The notes under the pieces were generated by a model. It was given only the letters and a program-made list of their open reading frames with translations. It was not told the DNA's origin and did not search any database. The position numbers and the translations under genes are program-made. Of a stretch of 26,777 nt of DNA, positions 1-9,368 are shown one piece after another; position 1 is the stretch's first letter; the number at the start of each line of letters is the position of its first letter. The stretch is from positions 1-26,777 of IMG/VR virus record IMGVR_UViG_3300044940_000473, one strand, 5' to 3'. The DNA is from a virus. Its lineage: Duplodnaviria; Caudoviricetes.

Positions 1-2
1 CA

Positions 3-902
3 AATATAAATCCAGAAGATTTAAAATCACCAATAGAAGGAATTGGTGATTATGATTACAATGCTTCTTATTATGAAATAATAAATGGATTAAATAATAA
101 AAATGCTAAATATTCTAAAGTTATAGATTTTCTTTGGAAAGATGAAGAATATGAAAAAATAATATCTAATCATAAATATTTAAATATATTAAAAAGTTAT
201 ACAGGTTCTAAATATAAAGATATGAATAATTTATTGAGAAGTTCCTTTAAATCTTTTAGTGATAATTTGCCTGTTGATGTAAAAAGTATAAAAGAAAGTG
301 ATGTTCATAAAATGTCATCTGTTTTTGATGATATAAAACCTCTATCACAACCACTTTGGGTTTATAGAAGTACTGTATTACCAGAAAATGTAGAAAAAAT
401 AATTAAAGCTGGTGAAGATTTTGTAGATCCTGCATTCTTATCAACTAGTATCAGGCCTAATTTGAATTTTGTTTCAGATTCTAATAAAACTCTATTTCGC
501 ATTTTTCTTCCAAAAGGTTCAAAAGTAATTCCAATTTTAAATGAATCAAGACATGCTAATGAAAACGAAATTATACTTCCAGCTTTTTCTATTCTTAAAA
601 TAATCAGATTAGATGAATACAATTATTTAAATGATTCTACTAATAAAGAAAATAAATCATTTTTAATTACTTGTATTTTTGTAGGTTCTGTATATAAAGA
701 TTTTATTGAAAAATTAAGTAAAAATACAATAAATGAGAATAAATTAATTTTAATTGAAACCAACAAAAAAGAAAAATATGATCCAAAAGATAAATTTGAG
801 TTAAAAACAGATGCAAAAACTTTAATTAAAGCATCAGAATTTGCACGCAAAATAACGCGATTGAAAAAAGAAAAGAACTATTTGTCCAATAAAACTCAAT
901 AA
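3..902 (+). CDS. ADP-ribosyltransferase, VIP2/Alt-like (R-S-E class), 5'-truncated by window edge
   Basis: Frame is open from nt 3 with no stop upstream of the 222 ATG. It carries YTG..YKDMNNLLR, VYR, FLSTS and ENEIILP (E-x-E) motifs of cholera-toxin-like ARTs. T4-like context suggests Alt/Mod. Confidence 0.8.
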   Translation, partial: NINPEDLKSPIEGIGDYDYNASYYEIINGLNNKNAKYSKVIDFLWKDEEYEKIISNHKYLNILKSYTGSKYKDMNNLLRSSFKSFSDNLPVDVKSIKESDVHKMSSVFDDIKPLSQPLWVYRSTVLPENVEKIIKAGEDFVDPAFLSTSIRPNLNFVSDSNKTLFRIFLPKGSKVIPILNESRHANENEIILPAFSILKIIRLDEYNYLNDSTNKENKSFLITCIFVGSVYKDFIEKLSKNTINENKLILIETNKKEKYDPKDKFELKTDAKTLIKASEFARKITRLKKEKNYLSNKTQ

Positions 903-946
903 ATAATAATAGTAAACAATTAATATGAGTTTTATTGGAGATTGAA

Positions 947-2434
947 ATGAATGATGTTGTCAAAATAGAAAAATATAATGAAGTATATATTAAAATTGAT
1001 ACAGAGGCAGGTATAAAAGAAGAACTGAAGAATTACTTTGCATTTAGACCTTCAGGCTATCAATTTAATCCAAGATACAAAAATAGAGTTTGGGATGGAT
1101 ATATTTACTTGTTTAATCCTTGGAAGCCCTTACTCTATACTGGGCTTATAGAACATCTAAAAAAGTTTTGTAAAGATCGTAATTATGATATAATAATACC
1201 AGAAGAGATAAATTCTCGTGTCGACATACCAGATAATTATGTCGAAGAATTATCTATTAAAATAAAAGCTAAACTTAAACCAAGAGATTATCAAATAGAA
1301 TACGTTTTGAATGCACTTCGAAACAATCGTTCACTTTCACTTTCACCCACTTCTTCTGGTAAATCTTTTATTATCTATTTGATACAACAGCATTATTGGC
1401 ATACATACAGATATAGAACTTTAATTATAGTTCCTACTATATCACTCGTACATCAAATGGCTGGAGATTTTATAGATTATGGTTGCGATTCAAATGATGT
1501 ATACAAAATACAGAGTGGTGTAGATAAAAATACTTCTGCACCCGTTACAATATCAACTTGGCAATCTCTCGTCAAACAACCAAAAGAATGGTTTAATCAA
1601 TTTCAAGTAGTTCTTGGAGATGAAGCTCATTTGTTTCAAGCAAAATCTCTCATAAATATAATGGAAAAGCTTACTCAAGCTCCTTTTAGACATGGATTTA
1701 CTGGTACTCTTTCTTCTGATTCAAGAATAAACAAATTAGTACTTGAAGGATTATTTGGTCCAATTCGTCGTTACATTACAACTAAAGAACTTATAGACAG
1801 AGGAACTATTGCAGATTTTAAAGTAAAAGCATTAATATTATGTCATGATGAAGAAACAAAAAAACTTTTTTCAGACGCTATTAAGCCTCTCAAAAAAGCT
1901 CAAAGATATGCAGCTGAAAGAATTTTTATTTTCAATCACGATAAAAGAAATATTTTCATTAGAAATCTTGTTTGGTCACTTAAAGATCAAAATAATTTAA
2001 TACTTTTTGATCAAATTGAAAATCATGGTAAAATTTTAGAACCTTTACTTCAAAAAGAAGATAGAATTCTTCATTTCATACATGGTGGAGTAAGTGGAGA
2101 AGAGAGAGAAAGAATTCGTAAAATTGTTGAAAATGATCCAATAAAAAGACATGATATTCTTGCTTCATATGGTGTATTTTCAACAGGAATCAATCTGAAA
2201 AGAATAGATAATGCAATATTTGCATCTGGATATAAATCAGAAATTAAAGTTCTTCAATCAATTGGAAGAACACTTCGTAAAGGAAATGGTTCAGATAGTG
2301 CAACTTTGTATGATATAGCAGATGATTTAAGTACAAAATCATTTACAAATTATACTCTTCAACATTTTAGATCACGTATAGATATATATTATGCAGAACA
2401 ATTTCCTGTCAAGATATATTCTATAGATATCTAG
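947..2434 (+). CDS. uvsW: UvsW SF2 DNA helicase
   Basis: PRDYQ Q-motif, PTSSGKS Walker A, DEAH, TGT, QSIGRTLR. Start moved to ATG 947 because GGAG SD lies at 937-940. Confidence 0.95.
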   Translation: MNDVVKIEKYNEVYIKIDTEAGIKEELKNYFAFRPSGYQFNPRYKNRVWDGYIYLFNPWKPLLYTGLIEHLKKFCKDRNYDIIIPEEINSRVDIPDNYVEELSIKIKAKLKPRDYQIEYVLNALRNNRSLSLSPTSSGKSFIIYLIQQHYWHTYRYRTLIIVPTISLVHQMAGDFIDYGCDSNDVYKIQSGVDKNTSAPVTISTWQSLVKQPKEWFNQFQVVLGDEAHLFQAKSLINIMEKLTQAPFRHGFTGTLSSDSRINKLVLEGLFGPIRRYITTKELIDRGTIADFKVKALILCHDEETKKLFSDAIKPLKKAQRYAAERIFIFNHDKRNIFIRNLVWSLKDQNNLILFDQIENHGKILEPLLQKEDRILHFIHGGVSGEERERIRKIVENDPIKRHDILASYGVFSTGINLKRIDNAIFASGYKSEIKVLQSIGRTLRKGNGSDSATLYDIADDLSTKSFTNYTLQHFRSRIDIYYAEQFPVKIYSIDI

Positions 2435-2489
2435 TATTTTATATATTCATGATTCTATAAAATCCTTTTATTTCATGGATGATAATCCA

Positions 2490-2517
2490 ATTATACCACA
2501 TCCAAAATAATTGTCAA
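2490..2517 (-). promoter_or_regulatory. Near-consensus sigma70/early-type promoter, antisense to uvsW
   Basis: Minus strand reads TTGACA-N16-TATAAT with TGTGG immediately before the -10 (extended -10), preceded by an A-tract. Confidence 0.7.
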
Positions 2518-2560
2518 CTACTTTTTTTGTATATCTGACAATACAAAGAAATATTTTTTG

Positions 2561-2588
2561 TTGACATTTTTATTCTTTATTATATTAT
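2561..2588 (+). promoter_or_regulatory. Putative sigma70-type promoter for gene 55
   Basis: TTGACA-N16-TATTAT. It shares TTGACATTTT with the promoters at 6727 and 20583. Confidence 0.5.
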
Positions 2589-2622
2589 TGCAAATAAATG
2601 ATAATAAAAAGAAAGGTTTTAT

Positions 2623-3147
2623 ATGTCGTCAAAAAAATTAAAAAAAAATTATATAAACAACAAAGATTTTTTAAAAGCTTTAATTGAATATAAAAATAAG
2701 TGCAAAGAAGCTGAAGATTCGGGTGATGAATTTCCAAAAGTTCCAAATTACATAGGAGAATGTATATTTCAAATAGCAAATAGATTAGCAACAAAACCTA
2801 ATTTTTCTGGATATTCATATAAAGAAGATATGATTATGGATGGTATAGAAAATTGTCTTCTTTATATTAATAATTTTGATCATGAAAAATCTAATAATCC
2901 CTTTGCGTACTTTACGCAGATAATAAAATATGCTTTTTTAAGAAGAATTGCAAAAGAAAAAAAGCAACTTTATGTAAAATATAAATCTTCGCACGAAACA
3001 ATTGCAATGGGAGATACTTTTGAAGAAGGAAATGATATACATTTGCACTTGAATACAAGTATAGATTACATTAATTCATTTATAGAAAATTATGAAACTA
3101 AAATTGGAAAAAACAAATATAAATTAAACGTTGAGGAGATAGAATAA
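2623..3147 (+). CDS. 55: Late-transcription sigma factor gp55
   Basis: NYINNKDF, YIGECIFQIA, NFSGYSYKEDMIMDGIENC, NPFAYFTQI...AFLRRI match gp55; gene order 55-47-46 is conserved. Confidence 0.93.
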   Translation: MSSKKLKKNYINNKDFLKALIEYKNKCKEAEDSGDEFPKVPNYIGECIFQIANRLATKPNFSGYSYKEDMIMDGIENCLLYINNFDHEKSNNPFAYFTQIIKYAFLRRIAKEKKQLYVKYKSSHETIAMGDTFEEGNDIHLHLNTSIDYINSFIENYETKIGKNKYKLNVEEIE

Positions 3148-3308
3148 TGATACCAGTAATCATAGAAGACTATATATCAAAATTAAATGATACAAGAACA
3201 AGAATTGAAAGCCGTCAGTTTTATTATACTTCACTTCTTGAAATTAAAAAACGAGTTGAAAACGCAATTAAAGAATATGAATTAGAAAAGAAAAACACCA
3301 AATATTAA
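3147..3308 (+). CDS. Small hypothetical protein, 53 aa (MIPVIIEDYISKLND...KKNTKY), not in ORF track
   Basis: TAATG overlap with the gp55 stop, GAGGAG SD at 3133-3138, open frame to TAA 3306-3308. Confidence 0.7.
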   Translation: MIPVIIEDYISKLNDTRTRIESRQFYYTSLLEIKKRVENAIKEYELEKKNTKY

Positions 3309-3357
3309 ATGTGTCATTTACAAAAAGTTAACAATTTAAGAGAAAGGAGTGTCAGTG

Positions 3358-4426
3358 ATGCCAAAAATAGCCATTATAACTGACTTACACTTTCGGTGTT
3401 CGTGGTGATTCACAGGTTTTTCTTAATCATCAGAATACCTTTTTTGAAAAAGTCTTTTTTCCAGAGATAGATAAACAAGATATTAAAATAGTACTTAATT
3501 TGGGAGATACTTTTGATCGCAGAAAATATATCAATTATCATACACTGAAAAACTCTCGTGAAATTTTCTTTGATAAACTTCAAAAGAGAAAAATTGAATA
3601 TCATGCAGTAGTTGGAAATCATGATACATATTTCACTAATACGAATGAAGTGAATTCAGTATCACTTCTTCTTCGTGAATATGATAATTTTCATATATAT
3701 GAGCACGAGCCAATTGAATTGACATTTGGCTCAATTCGTATTATGATGATACCGTGGCTGACAAAAACAAATTTTGAAATTTGTATGTCTGCTATTAATA
3801 ATACAAACGTAGATATATTAATGGGACATTTTGAGATTAAAGGATTTGAAGTCCTCAAAGGATCTATTTGTGATCATGGATTAGAAAAAGATATTTTTAA
3901 AAAAATTGAATCTGTATATTCTGGTCATTTTCATCATCCTTCTGAATATGAAAATATAAAATATCTTGGCGCTCCTTATGAAATGATTTGGTCAGATTAT
4001 GCAGGTAAAAGAGGATTTCATATTCTTGATACAGAAACAAGAGATTTAACTTTTATAGAAAATCCTTATCGAATATTTCATAAAATATATTATGATGATA
4101 CAGACATGACGGTTGAAGATCTTATGTCAATTAATATTGAGTCTTTACGAGATACTTATATTAAAGTAATCGTAAAAAATCGTACTAATACATATCTATA
4201 TGATCTCTTTTTAAATAAACTTGCTGAATCTGGTGCTGCAGATGTAAAATCAATAGAAGACTCTTTAAACTTAGAATCTTCTAATATAAATGATATTCTT
4301 GATGAAACACAAGATACTAAAGATATTCTACATACTTATATAGATACTATAGAAACATCAGTAGACAAAAATAAGATCAAAAATGAAATCGATAATCTTT
4401 ATTTAGAGGCATTATCCATCAGATGA
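3358..4426 (+). CDS. 47: gp47 recombination nuclease (Mre11/SbcD-like); requires +1 frameshift at about 3391-3394
   Basis: ATG 3358 with AAGGAG SD gives MPKIAIITDLHF (phosphoesterase motif I, DxH) and then stops at 3406. The +1 frame continues GVRGDSQVFL...LGDTFD, GNHD, GHF, SGHFH into the 3500..4426 ORF. Confidence 0.9.
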
Positions 4427-4635
4427 TAATAACATTTAAAAAAATTCGTTATAAAAACATTTTATCTACTGGTAATTTTTTTAATGAGATTTTACTTAAT
4501 AAAAGTAAGACTACTCTTATCAGCGGATCAAATGGTAGTGGTAAATGCGTAAGAGGATCCACAGAAATAGATATCAAATTTAAGTCTGAAGAAACAGAAA
4601 AACTTTTTTCTGAATTTTGTAAAAAGAAATATTAA
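4423..4635 (+). CDS. 46: gp46 (Rad50/SbcC) N-extein (41 aa) fused to split-intein N fragment (29 aa)
   Basis: FKKIRYKNILSTGN...GSNGSGK is the gp46 N-terminus up to the Walker A Lys, followed by CVRGSTEI (intein block A). Confidence 0.9.
   Translation: MIITFKKIRYKNILSTGNFFNEILLNKSKTTLISGSNGSGKCVRGSTEIDIKFKSEETEKLFSEFCKKKY
4546..4632 (+). mobile_element. Split intein N-fragment (IntN, 29 aa)
   Basis: Begins with Cys1 (TGC 4546) exactly after GSGK; C-V-x-G-x-T-x-I block A pattern; ends at TAA. Confidence 0.85.
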
Positions 4636-4747
4636 TACTCATTTATTAAAGAAATATAGTCATAGTGTTTTTTTAAAGTAAAAATAAAATAGTGTGTGCT
4701 TTACAAGCACTATTTTTATATACTAAAATAAATTGTAAGGAATTTGA

Positions 4748-5119
4748 ATGAAAGCTACCGTTCAACAAATAAAAGAATTCTATGAGAAATATCCAGAACA
4801 TATAGGAAAAATAGAAGTAGAAACAAGATATGGTTATAAAACAATAGAATACGCTGATATTACTTCTTACAATTCGTTTGTTATAACTATTACTACAGAA
4901 ACAGAAAAAAGCATTTCTATTTCACCAGATCATTTATTATTTTATGAAAAAAATTGTTGGATACCTGCTAAAGAATTGAATGTAGGAGATAAAATTCTTA
5001 CTAAAAATGGTTATGAAAAAATAATAAAAATTTATTTAGAAAAAGAAAAAGAAGATCTATATGATTTGCAAGTATCCGATGTAAAAGAATATTATGCTAA
5101 CAAAATAGTATCACATAAT
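4748..5119 (+). mobile_element. Split intein C-fragment (IntC, 124 aa, no endonuclease domain)
   Basis: Block B SPDH (TxxH-like), WIPAKELNVGDKI, block F LYDLQV, block G YYANKIVSHN followed by Ser+1. Confidence 0.9.
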
Positions 5120-6718
5120 TCTACAATATTAGATGCAATTGTTTTTGCTTTATATGGAAAACCTCATAGAAAAATTAATAAATCACAACTCATAAATTCT
5201 ATCAATCAAAAAGAACTTCTTGTAGAAATAGAGTTTTCCGTAGGTGGAAATGATTATCTTATAAGAAGAGGAATGCGTCCAAATATCTTTGAAATTTGGA
5301 AAAACAATGAATTAGTGAATCAAGATGCAGCCTCTAGAGATTATCAAGAGTATCTTGAGAAAAATATCTTAAAAATGGATTTTAAGTCTTTTAATCAAAT
5401 TGTAATACTTGGTTCTGCTACTTATGTTCCATTTATGGAACTTTCTACAAGTGCAAGAAGAGAAATTATTGAAGATCTTCTTGACATTCAAATTTTTAGT
5501 ACTATGAATATTCTCTTAAAAGAGAGAATCAATGAAAACAAAATCAAAATATCTGAAAATAATTATCAAATAGAACTTATAAAATCTAAAATTGAATCTG
5601 CTATAGAACACAATAATTCAATACGCAAAATTAAAGAAATTGAGGTAAATAAAATTCGTGATAAGATACAAGAACATGTTGATACTATAGAAAAAGAAAA
5701 TAGAGAAATAGAAAAAATTGAATGTGTTATCAATGAACTTATTTCTATCATACAAGATAAATCTTCTATAAAAAGAAAATTAGAAAAAGCTAAATCTATT
5801 CGTTCAAATCTTGAAATCATACTTAAAAATTTTGAAAAAGAACTTATTTTTTATCATGATAATGATAACTGTCCAACTTGTAAACAAAGTATAGATAAAG
5901 AATTTAAAAACATTGTAATCTGCGAAAAGATCAAGAAAAAACAAGAAATTGAAGATGGATTATTAAAGATCAATCAAAAAATAATAGATTATGAAAATCG
6001 AATTAATAATATTTCTGAAATAGAAGATGAAATACAAAAAAATAATCTTAAAATAGGTGAACATAGAGCACAGATAAAAATTTCTATGAATGCTATTGAT
6101 TCTTATAAAAAAGACCTTAAAATTGCAGAAAAAGAAGTAAAAGATGTAGACTTAAGTAAATTGAAAGAATACAAAAGTATTCTAAAAGAACTTCAAAAGG
6201 AACAAAAAGATCTTTTAGATCGCAGAGAAGTTCTTGCTGTTGCTAGTTCATTATTAAAAGATGGTGGTATTAAAACAAAAATTATTCGTCAATACATACC
6301 AATTATGAATAAACTTATCAACAAATATCTTGCAGCATTTGATTTATTTGTCAATTTTGAACTCGATGAAAATTTTAATGAAGTAATCAAATCTCGTTTT
6401 CGAGATACATTTTCATATGATTCTTTTTCTGAAGGCGAAAAATTACGAATTACACTCTCAATTATGTTAGCATGGAGAGCAATTGCGAAACTTCGTAATT
6501 CTGTATCAACAAATCTTCTTATCATGGATGAAACACTCGATGGATCATTAGATGCAATTGGAATTGAAAATCTTATTGATACTCTTCATAGTTTGAATTC
6601 TAATGATAACATTTTTGTTATTTCTCATAGAGGGCAAATATTTCAAGATAAGTTTGAAAGACACATTTCATTCGAAAAAGTAAAAAACTTTAGTCAAATG
6701 ATATCGACACAAGAATAA
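4748..6718 (+). CDS. 46: Split-intein C fragment (124 aa) fused to gp46 C-extein (532 aa)
   Basis: After HN comes STILDAIVFALYGK, completing Walker A (GK|ST), then coiled coil, CPTC zinc hook, FSEGE signature, LLIMDE Walker B, SLD, ISH. Own SD (TAAGGA) and an in-frame TGA just before the ATG. Confidence 0.92.
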   Translation: MKATVQQIKEFYEKYPEHIGKIEVETRYGYKTIEYADITSYNSFVITITTETEKSISISPDHLLFYEKNCWIPAKELNVGDKILTKNGYEKIIKIYLEKEKEDLYDLQVSDVKEYYANKIVSHNSTILDAIVFALYGKPHRKINKSQLINSINQKELLVEIEFSVGGNDYLIRRGMRPNIFEIWKNNELVNQDAASRDYQEYLEKNILKMDFKSFNQIVILGSATYVPFMELSTSARREIIEDLLDIQIFSTMNILLKERINENKIKISENNYQIELIKSKIESAIEHNNSIRKIKEIEVNKIRDKIQEHVDTIEKENREIEKIECVINELISIIQDKSSIKRKLEKAKSIRSNLEIILKNFEKELIFYHDNDNCPTCKQSIDKEFKNIVICEKIKKKQEIEDGLLKINQKIIDYENRINNISEIEDEIQKNNLKIGEHRAQIKISMNAIDSYKKDLKIAEKEVKDVDLSKLKEYKSILKELQKEQKDLLDRREVLAVASSLLKDGGIKTKIIRQYIPIMNKLINKYLAAFDLFVNFELDENFNEVIKSRFRDTFSYDSFSEGEKLRITLSIMLAWRAIAKLRNSVSTNLLIMDETLDGSLDAIGIENLIDTLHSLNSNDNIFVISHRGQIFQDKFERHISFEKVKNFSQMISTQE

Positions 6719-6726
6719 TGCAACAA

Positions 6727-6755
6727 TTGACATTTTAAACAATATGTAATATGAT
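6727..6755 (+). promoter_or_regulatory. sigma70-type promoter for gene 43
   Basis: TTGACA-N17-TATGAT, 30 nt upstream of the ATG with GAGGT SD. Confidence 0.7.
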
Positions 6756-6784
6756 AAATCATTTGTTAAAGAGGTAATAATATA

Positions 6785-9337
6785 ATGAGTAATAAATTTT
6801 TTACTAATGTTGAGCGTTATGGCAATTACATATTATGGAGAGGATATGATGAAAATGGAATGCCATTTTCTAAGAAAGTCAAATATCAGCCAACTCTTTT
6901 TACTAAATCTGTAGATAAAAATACAGAATACAAGTCCTTTATAGGTTCATATAATCTTCAATCAATAAAATTTGAAAGCATTTCAGAAGCAAAAGAATTT
7001 ATAGAAAAATATAAAAATATTTCTGGATTTGATATTTACGGAAATACTAATTTTGTTTCGCAATTTATTCAAGAAACATATCCGAATGATATAAAATTTG
7101 ATATAAATCTCATTAATATATGTTCATATGACATTGAAGTTGACGCATCAGATGGTTTTGCTGATATTGATTTAGCCGATAAACAGATAACATCAATATC
7201 TTATAAATCATCTAAAAGTAATACATATTATATTTTTACTTTAAAGGATTACAATAAGTTTCTTACAGAATCTGGAATACATCCAGACAATATTCATCAT
7301 GAAAAATTTCAGACAGAAGAAGATTTGCTTCTTCGGTTTATTGATATTTGGACTTCTAATTATCCAGATGTAATTACTGGATGGAATGTTGAATATTTTG
7401 ATATAATGTATACTGTTACGAGAATTATTAGATTACTTGGTGAAGAAAAAGCTCGAGAACTTTCACCTTGGAGATCAATCAAAAAGATTACAAGAGAAAT
7501 TTATAATAAACAACAATCTACATATCATATATCTGGTATTTCTGTAATCGATTATCTAGATGCTTTTAAGAAATTTGGCTATAAATATGGCACACAAGAA
7601 TCATACAAGTTAGATCATATAGCATATGTTGTATTAGGTGAAAAGAAAATCGATTATTCTGAATATGGTTCTTTGAATGAATTGTATAATAAAAACCCTC
7701 AAAAATATTTTGATTATTCTTTAAAAGATACTTATTTAATTCAAAGAATGGAAGATGAAACTGGTTTACTTGCTCTTGTTCTTACTGTTGCATATTCTGG
7801 TGGAGTGAATTATTCAGATGCATTTGGAACTGTTGGTATCTGGGAATCGATAATTTATCGTAAATTAATGTCTAAGAAATTAGTGCCGCCTATTAAATCT
7901 GGTCCAGGTGAGCATTTAAGTGAACTTATTGGTGGATATGTAAAGGACCCAGTTGTAGGAATGCACGAATGGATAATTTCTTTTGATTTGAATAGTCTTT
8001 ATCCTATGTTAATGTTACAATACAACATGTCACCCGAAACATATCTTATTGATAAAAAAGAAAATGTTTCAATAGAAATGGTATTGAATGGCATGTATAA
8101 GAATATTAATAATAAAGACTATTCTGTATGTGCAAATGGTGTATGTTTTACAAATAAAGTACTTGGTATAATTCCAGAAATAATTGAAGAATATTATTCA
8201 GAACGTAAAAAAGTAAAAAAAGAAATGTTGAAGTATGAACAGATGGAGCAGGACGCTAAAGAAAAAAATGAAAAAAACAAACTTAAGAAAGTAATTGCAC
8301 ATCTTCATAATCGACAAATGTCAATAAAAATCTTGATGAACTCTCTTTATGGTGCAGTTGCAAACAGATATTTCTTATTTTATATTTCAGAAATGGCAGA
8401 AGCTATTACTAAATCAGGACAATTATCTATTCGATATGCAGAAATGACAGTAAACAAATATCTTAATCGTATACTGAAAACAAAAAATGTAGATTACGTT
8501 GTGTATATTGATACGGATTCTATATATGTTAATATGGCACCTTTAATTGAAAGAGTATTTGGAACAACAAAAATAACAAGAGAACAGGGTGAAGTTTTTC
8601 TTGACAAAGTATCGACTGAAAAAATTGAACCAGAAATTAGTAAAGGATATGAAGAATTAGCTAAATATATGGGTGCATATAGAAATTCAATGTCGATGAA
8701 AAGAGAAAAAATTACTGACAAGACTATCTTTATTGCTAAAAAGAGATATATTATGAATGTTTTGAATTCTGAAGGTGTTCATTATGCTAAACCAAAAATT
8801 TCTGTAACAGGAGTTGAATCTGTAAGATCATCAACACCTGAAATTTGTAGAAACAAAATGGATTCTATATTTGAAGTTTTTATGAATGAAAATGAATCTA
8901 AAGTTCAAGAATTTATAGAAAATTTTCGACAGCAGTTCTATAAGTTGCCACCCGAAGAAATAGCAAAAACATCTGGAACAGATGATATTGAAAAATATAT
9001 GAACAAATCTACTCATGGATATAAATCTGGATGCCCTATACATGTTCGAGGATGTATCATTTACAATAAATTCTTACGTGAAAAAGGTCTAGATAAAAAA
9101 TATGAAACAATTAAATCAGGCGATAAAATCAAATTCATTTATTTGAAATTGCCAAATCCAGTTCGCGAAAACGTGATCTCATTTCCAAATGTTCTTCCTA
9201 AAGAATTCGGTCTTGAAAAATATATAGACTATGAAACACAATTTGAAAAAGTTTTTTTGGTGCCAATTGATAATATTTTAAAAGCTGTTGGTTGGAATGT
9301 CAAAAAAGTTAATTCTATTGAAGATTTTTTTGTTTAA
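6785..9337 (+). CDS. 43: Family B DNA polymerase gp43
   Basis: Exonuclease YDIE and GWNVEYFD; polymerase DLNSLYP, KILMNSLYG, YIDTDS, KKRY; C-terminal SIEDFFV clamp-binding-like tail. Confidence 0.97.
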   Translation: MSNKFFTNVERYGNYILWRGYDENGMPFSKKVKYQPTLFTKSVDKNTEYKSFIGSYNLQSIKFESISEAKEFIEKYKNISGFDIYGNTNFVSQFIQETYPNDIKFDINLINICSYDIEVDASDGFADIDLADKQITSISYKSSKSNTYYIFTLKDYNKFLTESGIHPDNIHHEKFQTEEDLLLRFIDIWTSNYPDVITGWNVEYFDIMYTVTRIIRLLGEEKARELSPWRSIKKITREIYNKQQSTYHISGISVIDYLDAFKKFGYKYGTQESYKLDHIAYVVLGEKKIDYSEYGSLNELYNKNPQKYFDYSLKDTYLIQRMEDETGLLALVLTVAYSGGVNYSDAFGTVGIWESIIYRKLMSKKLVPPIKSGPGEHLSELIGGYVKDPVVGMHEWIISFDLNSLYPMLMLQYNMSPETYLIDKKENVSIEMVLNGMYKNINNKDYSVCANGVCFTNKVLGIIPEIIEEYYSERKKVKKEMLKYEQMEQDAKEKNEKNKLKKVIAHLHNRQMSIKILMNSLYGAVANRYFLFYISEMAEAITKSGQLSIRYAEMTVNKYLNRILKTKNVDYVVYIDTDSIYVNMAPLIERVFGTTKITREQGEVFLDKVSTEKIEPEISKGYEELAKYMGAYRNSMSMKREKITDKTIFIAKKRYIMNVLNSEGVHYAKPKISVTGVESVRSSTPEICRNKMDSIFEVFMNENESKVQEFIENFRQQFYKLPPEEIAKTSGTDDIEKYMNKSTHGYKSGCPIHVRGCIIYNKFLREKGLDKKYETIKSGDKIKFIYLKLPNPVRENVISFPNVLPKEFGLEKYIDYETQFEKVFLVPIDNILKAVGWNVKKVNSIEDFFV

Positions 9338-9368
9338 ATCAAATAAAATAAATTGAAAGGAAACAAAT

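Noticed and set aside
4636-4747. Group I intron or ribosomal bypass joining the gene 46 halves
   Set aside because: The gap is too short and AT-rich for a ribozyme core, and intein motifs plus a separate SD explain the split.
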